Positions 57,891-64,000 of a stretch of 64,000 nucleotides of DNA are shown one piece after another. Numbering within the stretch: position 1 is the stretch's first letter; each line of letters begins with the position of its first letter. The translations under genes and the position numbers were made by a program. A model generated the notes under the pieces. That model had not been told where the DNA came from and did not search any database. It worked only from the letters and a program-made list of their open reading frames with translations. The stretch comes from Anaerolineales bacterium (lineage in GTDB: Bacteria > Chloroflexota > Anaerolineae > Anaerolineales > UBA11579). The stretch is taken from positions 3,173-67,172 of the forward strand of contig JANJTX010000151.1 of NCBI GenBank assembly GCA_024710875.1, given 5' to 3'.

Positions 57891-58985
57891 TTATTGTTGG
57901 GCAATCACAATTGTCAGGCCCGTGCCGCTGGCCGCCGGCCCCGCAAACAGGGTGACAATCGCCCCGCTGCTACTGCTGAAAGTCAGCGTACCAACCGGCG
58001 GAAATACACTTTCGCTGGTCAGGGTATAGCCGAGCGCCGCCATTTCGGTCTTGTAGAATTCAATCACCAGTTCGAGGGACGAATCGGTTTCATAGGTCAT
58101 CAGGCCCGGCAGGGTGGTGAGGTTGCGGGCATCCGGCATGGCAGGGTACGGGGTGGCGCCCTCTTCGCCGGGCGGTGGGCAATCCGCCGGGGGCTGGATA
58201 TCAAACGCCTGACTGGCCGGGATGACATCCCACTGGTAGCGCACATCGCCCTCAAAGTTGCGATCGTTGGTCAGCACTTCGCTCACGCCCCGCCCGTTCA
58301 GCACCAACCGGATAATGGCGCCATCCGTCTGGCTGATGTACAGCGCCCCTTCTTCCAGGCTGCGCACTTCGCCGCCCGCCACGGTCGTGAGGTCTACGTT
58401 GTCCATCGTGATGGCGTAACGGTCAGTCAGCACGCCGTTAATCGTGACGCCGGTTTCCACCCGCTGGGCGGTGCCATGCAACAGGCCGCCGGTATCCATC
58501 ATGGCGTCGTAGGGATTTTGCTGTTCCGAGTTGGCGGTCACGATGCAGCCAAAGGAAGGCGAATAGAGATAGTCGGTTTCTTCGATGTCGGCCACTTCGA
58601 GCCATTCCAGCCCACCAGCAATGGCGAGGTCGTTGGGCTCAAACCGGAAATAGGAACGCGGCGGCAGTTGGTTGCGCTGGCCGTTCACCAGTACCTGCCG
58701 GAAATATTCGCTGCCGTCCGGGTTGGTCGCGGTGAAATTGAAATCCATCCGGACTTCATAAGCCGGACTGCTGGTTTCTTCGTACAATGCCGGGTCATCC
58801 AAGTTGAGTTCCTGCGGGTTGGGCGAATCTCCGCCGGGTGCGGCCGCCGGTGCGCCGCCAGAGTCTCCACTGGCATCTGTTTGAGCCGGTGCAGACGATT
58901 CGCCGCTTCCCGGCAGCGACACACCCGAACAGGCCAGGGCCGCCACGCCGAGGACCAGCAAAACCAGAAATAATCGCTTGTGCAT
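57891..58985 (-). CDS. Hypothetical lipoprotein
   Basis: LVLLVLGVAALAC reads as a lipobox. A Gly/Ser/Pro linker follows. I recognise no domain. Confidence 0.6.
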   Translation of the reverse strand: MHKRLFLVLLVLGVAALACSGVSLPGSGESSAPAQTDASGDSGGAPAAAPGGDSPNPQELNLDDPALYEETSSPAYEVRMDFNFTATNPDGSEYFRQVLVNGQRNQLPPRSYFRFEPNDLAIAGGLEWLEVADIEETDYLYSPSFGCIVTANSEQQNPYDAMMDTGGLLHGTAQRVETGVTINGVLTDRYAITMDNVDLTTVAGGEVRSLEEGALYISQTDGAIIRLVLNGRGVSEVLTNDRNFEGDVRYQWDVIPASQAFDIQPPADCPPPGEEGATPYPAMPDARNLTTLPGLMTYETDSSLELVIEFYKTEMAALGYTLTSESVFPPVGTLTFSSSSGAIVTLFAGPAASGTGLTIVIAQQ

Positions 58986-59167
58986 TCAATCCTCCTTCAA
59001 GGAACAGGGCCAAAGTTGTATCTCCCGCTACCCAAAATTGTAGCACTTTTGTCTGTCTGGAACTCAACCGCCCAAAAGTACGGATAGCGCCAACTTCGAC
59101 TCGCCAACCTTGACACAGCCGTGAGCCAGGCATACACTAATGAAACCTTTTAAGGTCAAACTATTTT

Positions 59168-59650
59168 ATGCCCACCCACTTTAGCGGCTCTGACCGCGAA
59201 GTTCTGGCTCTCAATACGTATATAAAACTGACCCGCGCCACCGAGTCGTTTCTGACGCGCCTGTACCCGGGCGGCCGCTATCACGGTCTCACCGCCAGCC
59301 AGTTTGGCACGCTGGAAGTGCTGTACCACCTCGGCCCGCTGTGCCAGGGGGAGATTGGCGCCAAGCTGCTCAAAAGCCCCGGCAATATGACCCTCGTCAT
59401 CGACAACCTCGAGAAACGCAGCCTGGTGCGCCGGCAACGCGATAATGACGACCGCCGCCAGATTACCGTTCACCTGACGGCCGAAGGCCAGGCTCTGATG
59501 GCCGTGGTTTTCCCCCAGCATGTCGCTGACCTGGTAGCGATGTTCAGCGTATTGACCCCGGAAGAGCAGGCCGTCCTGGGCGACCTGATGAAGAAGCTGG
59601 GGCAGGCCTGCGAATCACCGGCCGCCGCCCCGCAGGATGCGCCCGGCTAA
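59168..59650 (+). CDS. MarR family transcriptional regulator
   Basis: The winged HTH reads LTASQFGTLEVLYHLGPLCQGEIGAKLLKSPGNMTLVIDNLEKRSLVRRQRDNDDRRQITVHLT. Confidence 0.88.
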   Translation: MPTHFSGSDREVLALNTYIKLTRATESFLTRLYPGGRYHGLTASQFGTLEVLYHLGPLCQGEIGAKLLKSPGNMTLVIDNLEKRSLVRRQRDNDDRRQITVHLTAEGQALMAVVFPQHVADLVAMFSVLTPEEQAVLGDLMKKLGQACESPAAAPQDAPG

Positions 59651-59663
59651 AAGTGCAGCACGC

Positions 59664-59699
59664 AAAAAAGTCGACCATTTGGAATGGTCGGCTTTTTTA
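59664..59699. terminator. Bidirectional rho-independent terminator
   Basis: The GTCGACCATT/AATGGTCGGC stem has one G-U pair and is flanked by A6 and T6. It lies between marR (+) and spoVS (-). Confidence 0.85.
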
Positions 59700-59739
59700 T
59701 ATTTGTACTGATCTTCGGTACGGCCCTATCCGGCCGCTT

Positions 59740-60015
59740 TTATTCGGTAATGCCGTTGCGCAATTCCACGGTGATCTTTATCGCCGTGCGGACTTTGCCG
59801 TCAATGTCCACATCCGAGAACGCGGCGGTGAAAATCGTGTCCAGCCCATCTTCGGCCAGGTAGCCTTTGGCCAACACCAGAGCTTTGACCGCCTGGTTGA
59901 CTGCCCCGGCCCCAATCGCCTGCACTTCGGCGCGTTTATTTTCGCGAAAAACGCCCGCGATGGCACCCGCCACCGCCGACGTGCGGGATGTTCCGGAGAC
60001 CTTGATGATATCCAT
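59740..60015 (-). CDS. spoVS: SpoVS-like protein
   Basis: The 91-aa protein reads IKVSGTSRTSAVAGAIAGVFRENKRAEVQAIGAGAVNQAVKALVLAKGYL and closely follows the SpoVS pattern. Confidence 0.9.
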   Translation of the reverse strand: MDIIKVSGTSRTSAVAGAIAGVFRENKRAEVQAIGAGAVNQAVKALVLAKGYLAEDGLDTIFTAAFSDVDIDGKVRTAIKITVELRNGITE

Positions 60016-60142
60016 GGGTGCGCTCCTCTGTTCGGTGCGATGTACTACAGCGACCCGTGCCGGGGCATTTCACTTTCAAAAAGGCCAATTTATGAATAAT
60101 TGTACAGGATTTCGAATTTCGAATCAACGGGGGAAAATTCGC

Positions 60143-60625
60143 CTAAGTTGGCAAATCCTCCATCAGCACTCCAAACAGCTGGGGCGGCTGGTGGCCGAGC
60201 CAGGTCAGGTAATTGGCCAACTGACTGCGGTGGTGGACTTCATGTTCCACCGTTGCCAGCAGGTAGCGCCAGCCACTGGCGGCATGGCCGGTCTGCCCGA
60301 CCCGTTTTTCGGCCAGCACGCTTTCCGGCTGGCCTTTAAGGAGTGCGACCCCTTCGGCGTGGCAGGCATCCAGGTAGGCCGTGGCGGCCGCCAGATCCGC
60401 CCCCAACTCTGGCGCGTGTCCGGGGTATTTCAGTCGCTCGCCCGCCACCAGCCGCCAATTCATCAATTGCACACTGCCCAGATGCCGGACGATGTCGCTG
60501 CAGGTGTATTCGCCCGGCGCTGGCGACCAATCCGCCAGGGTGGGTGGCACAGCCTCTATGAACAGGTGCGTGCGTTTGCGGACGCCCTCAAAATAGGCCA
60601 GGTAATCAGCCAGACGGGTAATCAT
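60143..60625 (-). CDS. DinB family protein
   Basis: This is a 160-aa helical bundle with conserved His residues (IVRHLG..., HEVHHRSQL). Confidence 0.75.
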   Translation of the reverse strand: MITRLADYLAYFEGVRKRTHLFIEAVPPTLADWSPAPGEYTCSDIVRHLGSVQLMNWRLVAGERLKYPGHAPELGADLAAATAYLDACHAEGVALLKGQPESVLAEKRVGQTGHAASGWRYLLATVEHEVHHRSQLANYLTWLGHQPPQLFGVLMEDLPT

Positions 60626-61674
60626 TTCGCCAGCAACCGGCGCAGCACCACCGTGCGCTCACCGATCATATTGCCATAGGTTTGGGCCTGCCCGGCCCCG
60701 TTATACATCGTGGCAAAGGCCACAAAATCCTCATTGCGCAGGGCGGGCAGGCCGCGGTTGTACGGGTCATTTTCAATGAATTTGAACATCGCCAGCAATT
60801 GATGCCGGGCGCCGTGCTCGCGGTCATTGAAGGCGGCAAACATGTCATTCACATGGGCATAACCCACTCGTTTGAAGTTACTGCCGAGAATCTGCGGGGC
60901 GCCCATGCTGATGGACATACGCGCCGCGGCAGTGTGGAACCCGCTGGCGAATTCCAGCACCGCCCACTCTTTGAGCTGGTCGCCATGAAACGGCCGCCAT
61001 TCCTCGGTCGTGGCGGTACGGTAAAGATGGTCCTTCCAGCGCTGGGTGGCATTGAATTTGAAGTGCTGGTCGTATTTGGCTTTGTTCTGTTTGCCCCAGT
61101 AGTCAAAAAACAGATGGTTTTCAAAACGGATAATCATGCGGTTGTTGGGGCCAAAGGCCGCCCCGCCCGATTCTACGGATACCACCGCCGCCAGGATGGC
61201 CGGGTCAATGCCATATTTTGGAGCCAGGGCGGTCAACAGCCCACCGTAACGGTTCCAGGTCTGGGCGACCTGCTTTTCCACCGCCGTGGCCGTATCGGTC
61301 AGTTGCTTGGCCGCCTCCAGCGGTGCGCTTTCCGGGGCATCCGCAGGCAGGGTCGGGGGCTTTTGCACCGGCGGGGCGCTGGCTTCCTGCTTCACGACCT
61401 GCTGTACTTCGGCGGGCGGCGGGCCGCTCGGCACGCTGTTGGCTTCGGTGGCTAAATCCGGCGTAGCGCTGGCCCGGCCGCGCGGTGGTTGGATCGCCCG
61501 GTACGAGATAAAGCCCCGGGCATTGTTGGCGGCTTCCACCAGCAGCCAGGTCTTCTGTAGGTCAAGTACCAGCACAGTCAACCCGGCCGGCAATTGGCCC
61601 AGCACCTTGCTCTGGGAATTGGGTTGCTCATATAGAGGGGTGGTCTGATACAGGCGGCGGGAATAAACGGGCAT
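60622..61674 (-). CDS. N-acetylmuramidase-family (DUF3380-like) peptidoglycan hydrolase with N-terminal SH3-like domain and Pro-rich linker
   Basis: The C-terminal domain AILAAVVSVESGGAAFGPNNRMIIRFENHLF...GAPQILGSNF matches the pattern I recall for PF11860-type muramidases. The N-terminal about 60 aa are SH3b-like. Confidence 0.7.
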   Translation of the reverse strand: MPVYSRRLYQTTPLYEQPNSQSKVLGQLPAGLTVLVLDLQKTWLLVEAANNARGFISYRAIQPPRGRASATPDLATEANSVPSGPPPAEVQQVVKQEASAPPVQKPPTLPADAPESAPLEAAKQLTDTATAVEKQVAQTWNRYGGLLTALAPKYGIDPAILAAVVSVESGGAAFGPNNRMIIRFENHLFFDYWGKQNKAKYDQHFKFNATQRWKDHLYRTATTEEWRPFHGDQLKEWAVLEFASGFHTAAARMSISMGAPQILGSNFKRVGYAHVNDMFAAFNDREHGARHQLLAMFKFIENDPYNRGLPALRNEDFVAFATMYNGAGQAQTYGNMIGERTVVLRRLLAK

Positions 61675-61740
61675 GAATACCTCACTTGCAAGTGAATAAG
61701 GACTGCTTTATTGTAGGAGGGCGAATGCCGCGTGTCAATT

Positions 61741-61815
61741 GCTTTGCTGATTGTAGTTCTTTAAAAGAGATTTCTCTTTATGTCTTGTGGAAAGTAAAGT
61801 TAATTAGTAGTACCA
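61741..61815. other. AT-rich tract (candidate DNA-unwinding element)
   Basis: TTTGCTGATTGTAGTTCTTTAAAAGAGATTTCTCTTTATGTCTTGTGGAAAGTAAAGTTAATTAGTAGTA is conspicuously AT-rich in a GC-rich genome. Confidence 0.4.
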
Positions 61816-61821
61816 GTAGGG

Positions 61822-61830
61822 GCTGGGGAT
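61822..61830 (-). promoter_or_regulatory. DnaA box, 1 mismatch
   Basis: TGGGGATAA is the reverse complement of TTATCCCCA. The consensus is TTATCCACA. Confidence 0.5.
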
Positions 61831-62090
61831 AAGTGGAGAACCCGTTTGAGCTGGTTGCTTTGTGCCATATTTACCGCACTCGCTCTGCGGCTGCCTGCAT
61901 CTGGCGGCTGGGTGGGGCAGTTTCCTCCCCAGCCGCCCTGTGCATGAAACGCGCATAACATTTGCCGCTCGCCGCTGCCTGATTGCCCTTTTAGAAAATA
62001 TGGGGCTCTTAATCACCCACCCCCCATATATAGGGGCGGGGCGTACCGGTCTGAACCAGACTAATCGGGGGGTTTTCCCCAGTTATGCCT

Positions 62091-62120
62091 GTTTATCCAC
62101 ACAATATCCGCACTTATCCA
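62091..62120 (+). promoter_or_regulatory. Two perfect DnaA boxes flanking a degenerate one
   Basis: TTATCCACA occurs at 62091-62099 and again at 62112-62120. ATATCCGCA lies between them. All three are in the same orientation. Confidence 0.65.
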
Positions 62121-62184
62121 CACACCTGCCCGCAAAACTTGCAGAATTGTCAGGCTAAATAGCGGATGAGCGGTTTTTGAGGGC

Positions 62185-62213
62185 TTGACAAACGTTTTTG
62201 GTTAGACTACAAT
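62185..62213 (+). promoter_or_regulatory. Sigma-70-type promoter for the 62278 gene
   Basis: TTGACA, a 17-nt spacer, then TACAAT. It is followed by a TGTCT-N5-AGACA inverted repeat in the leader. Confidence 0.6.
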
Positions 62214-62277
62214 CTTTGTTAGATGATTGTCTAATAAAGACAGCAACCTAACAGATTTGGCCTGACGGAGATACACC

Positions 62278-63192
62278 ATGCTCAATACACTGTCCTGGAG
62301 CCACCAGCTCGCAACCCATATTCTGGAAGACCTGGCCGCAGTCATGCGCCCGGCCATTCAGCAGGTGCTGCACACCTTTGGCCAGCCCGAAGCCACCGAT
62401 GTCTTCCTCGCCCAGTATGCCGTCGGGTTTGACCCTGAACCGCTCGGTCTGGCCCATATTTTCAAACGCTCCCCGTACCATAACCCGGAGCAATTCCAGT
62501 CTGACTTCAAAGCCGCTGTCTCCCGCGGCTGGCTGGCCGAGCGCACCCCCGGCGCATACGGCCCAACGCCTTCGGCGCAAGCCTTCGTGGCCGATCTCCA
62601 ACACGCCACCGCCCAGCGCCTTGCAGCACTGGCCCCGCAACCGGAAAACGAACTGAATCACCTGATTGATTTGCTGGGGCGCGTAACCACCGCCGCCCTT
62701 GAACTGCCGGACCTGGCCGAAACGCCCGCCCTGCGGATGAGCCGCCGCTTCAATCAGCCCGGCCAGCCGGCCATGCTGCGTTTGCGCCGCGCCCTGATTG
62801 ACCTGCTTTCCTTCCGCGACGATGCCCATGTGGCCGCCTGGGTGCAATATGAAATTGATGGCTACGCCTGGGAAGCCTTCACCCTGCTCTGGCGGGGTAC
62901 GGCCTGCACCCCGGAAGACCTGGCCGAAACCCTCGCCGCCCGCGCCTACACCGCCGCCGATTATGCCGCCGCCCTCGCCCGACTGGCCGAGCGCGGCTGG
63001 GTGAGCGCAACCGCTACCGGCTACGAAGTCACCCCGGAAGGCGGCCAGCTGCGCCAGGCGGTCGAAGACCTCACCGACCAGTATTACAACGCCGCCTTCG
63101 CTACGCTGACCACTGCTGAACTTGAAGTCCTTCACCAGCGCCTTACCTCCCTGGCCCAGGCGCTGCCCCTCGCCGTACCCGACCCGGCCTGA
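62278..63192 (+). CDS. Hypothetical protein with two MarR-like winged-helix half-repeats (pseudo-dimer)
   Basis: Two similar segments end ...SRGWLAERTPGAYGPTPSAQAFV and ...ERGWVSATATGYEVTPEGGQLRQAV. The composition is natural, whereas the overlapping 366-aa minus-strand ORF is Gly/Arg-rich antisense noise. Confidence 0.6.
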   Translation: MLNTLSWSHQLATHILEDLAAVMRPAIQQVLHTFGQPEATDVFLAQYAVGFDPEPLGLAHIFKRSPYHNPEQFQSDFKAAVSRGWLAERTPGAYGPTPSAQAFVADLQHATAQRLAALAPQPENELNHLIDLLGRVTTAALELPDLAETPALRMSRRFNQPGQPAMLRLRRALIDLLSFRDDAHVAAWVQYEIDGYAWEAFTLLWRGTACTPEDLAETLAARAYTAADYAAALARLAERGWVSATATGYEVTPEGGQLRQAVEDLTDQYYNAAFATLTTAELEVLHQRLTSLAQALPLAVPDPA

Positions 63193-63205
63193 AAGGATGT
63201 AAGCC

Positions 63206-63361
63206 ATGAGCTTCAACCGCATCCAGATTGTGCTAAGCAATGAAGTCCCGGACCCGCAGGAAAAGAGCGCCCCGCGCCCGATGCAGTCCGCCGTGTGCCC
63301 GGCCGAAGAAACCCGCGCCGCGGGCCTGCCCACCTGCCCACCCGCCACTGTGATTGTGTAA
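63206..63361 (+). CDS. Small ORF (51 aa), not in the ORF track
   Basis: The product is MSFNRIQIVLSNEVPDPQEKSAPRPMQSAVCPAEETRAAGLPTCPPATVIV. AAAGGA lies 8 nt upstream of the ATG. G/C strongly predominates at third codon positions. The ORF starts 13 nt after the upstream stop. Confidence 0.45.
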   Translation: MSFNRIQIVLSNEVPDPQEKSAPRPMQSAVCPAEETRAAGLPTCPPATVIV

Positions 63362-63376
63362 TCCTCCTCCGGATTT

Positions 63377-63409
63377 GGGGCGGGCGCATCCGATCAATGC
63401 GCCCGCCCC
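63377..63409. terminator. 13-bp perfect-stem hairpin after the small ORF (no U-run)
   Basis: The sequence is GGGGCGGGCGCAT-ccgatca-ATGCGCCCGCCCC. Confidence 0.5.
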
Positions 63410-63448
63410 CAGCATTCATCCCCCTTTATCCCCCTTCAGGAGACCCGC

Positions 63449-64000
63449 ATGTCCGACCTCACCTTCACCCAGACCTACCCCGTTTCGCCCACCCTGCTCT
63501 ACCAGGCTCTCACCCAGCCGCTCATGCTGGAAGGCTGGTTTGCCAATACCGTGGATATTGACCCGCGTCCGGAAGGCCGTTTTTATGCCTACTGGACCCA
63601 GGGTTACTCCACACACGGCCGGGTCACTGAAGCCAAAGAAAACGAAAAGCTGGTTTTTTCCTGGCACGGCAGTACCGACCCGGCCGCCAGCCAGGTAACC
63701 ATCACCCTCAACGCTGCGGGCAAAGACACCCAGCTTCATATTCAGCACAGCGGGTTGGGCGAAGGCGACGGCTGGGCAGAAACCCGCCCCGAATTGCAGG
63801 CCGGTTGGGAGGCAGCCCTGCTCAATCTCGAATCGCTGCTGGTGCGCGGGCTGGACAAGCGCATCTTTGACCGGCCGTTTCTCGGCATTCAGATTGCCGG
63901 CGCAATGACCGCTGAGCAGGCCAAAGAGCGCGGGCTGGGCATTGCCGGCGGCATCAACATCAGCGGCACGCTGCCCGGCACCGGCGCCGAAGCCGCCGGA
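63449..64000 (+). CDS. SRPBCC (AHSA1-like) domain protein fused to a PDZ-like domain, 3' end outside window
   Basis: The ORF is open to the window end and so is absent from the track. AGGAG lies 7 nt upstream. The N-terminal part reads ...LMLEGWFA...GRFYAYW...GRVTEAKENEKLVFSW. It continues ...GIAGGINISGTLPGTGAEAAG, which looks like the start of a PDZ domain. Confidence 0.7.
   Translation, partial: MSDLTFTQTYPVSPTLLYQALTQPLMLEGWFANTVDIDPRPEGRFYAYWTQGYSTHGRVTEAKENEKLVFSWHGSTDPAASQVTITLNAAGKDTQLHIQHSGLGEGDGWAETRPELQAGWEAALLNLESLLVRGLDKRIFDRPFLGIQIAGAMTAEQAKERGLGIAGGINISGTLPGTGAEAAG

Noticed and set aside
57885-58973. 362-aa plus-strand ORF
   Set aside because: It is antisense to the lipoprotein gene at 57891-58985, is Arg/Gly-rich, and has no start context.
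60622-61674. Prophage or phage remnant
   Set aside because: The muramidase is the only phage-like gene. No integrase, terminase, capsid or tail genes, att-like repeats or tRNA are nearby.
61804-62016. 70-aa minus-strand ORF inside the DnaA-box region
   Set aside because: It has no ribosome-binding site and an odd composition (Arg/Pro/Cys-rich). It spans the AT-rich tract and the hairpin, so it is more likely non-coding.
62248-63348. 366-aa minus-strand ORF
   Set aside because: It is a Gly-rich shadow ORF. The plus-strand 304-aa ORF has a sigma-70-like promoter, natural composition and internal repeat structure.
63206-63361. RiPP biosynthetic cluster around the small ORF
   Set aside because: No cyclodehydratase, LanM/LanB, radical-SAM, YcaO or peptidase gene is adjacent. 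I report it only as an unannotated small ORF.

Overview
This is a visibly GC-rich bacterial chromosomal segment that is densely coding. I saw no rRNA, tRNA, CRISPR array, transposase or integrase by eye. The gene content (SpoVS, bactofilin, Rex, lipoproteins with Pro/Thr-rich linkers, a truncated atpAGDC operon) suggests a Chloroflexota-like organism, but that is inference and was not checked.

Housekeeping genes I am confident of:
- nadD and obg
- rex
- mreB lying directly behind atpA-atpG-atpD-atpC
- fabI, a 3-methyladenine glycosylase, pepF, a deoxynucleoside kinase and an S41 peptidase
- five MFS transporters in the first 14 kb

The most unusual content is a two-part glycan-decoration gene set at about 24.8-33.7 kb (minus strand) and about 50.1-55.8 kb (plus strand).
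- Together the two parts encode three NeuA/KdsB-type CMP-sugar cytidylyltransferase paralogs, a DUF115/GT42-like (sialyltransferase-like) protein and an ArnT/PMT-like GT-C enzyme.
- They also encode GT2 and GT4 transferases, a Wzx-like flippase, two sulfotransferases, two SAM methyltransferases, an SDR plus a D-2-hydroxyacid dehydrogenase, and a 433-aa protein with no motif I recognise.
- No nonulosonate synthase gene is visible in the window.

Other notable signals:
- A 600-bp non-coding region holds two perfect DnaA boxes, one near-perfect DnaA box and an AT-rich tract.
- A YtrA-type GntR operon (SPFH, YhfC-like intramembrane protease, ABC-2 transporter, zinc-ribbon membrane protein) has twin TGTTTCAC/GTGAAACA palindromes. 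Two of its membrane proteins share a C-terminal R-x-Q-x-x-D-[ST]-R-Y-D tail.
- The ATP synthase alpha subunit carries an insertion of about 50 aa.
- Rex-box-like palindromes lie upstream of rex and of atpA.
- There is an orphan CcrM-like adenine methyltransferase.
- An AT-rich islet carries a 127-aa ORF.
- A 51-aa ORF, missed by the ORF track, is followed by a 13-bp-stem hairpin.

All functional calls rest on motifs read from the supplied translations and on recalled family knowledge. No searches were run.
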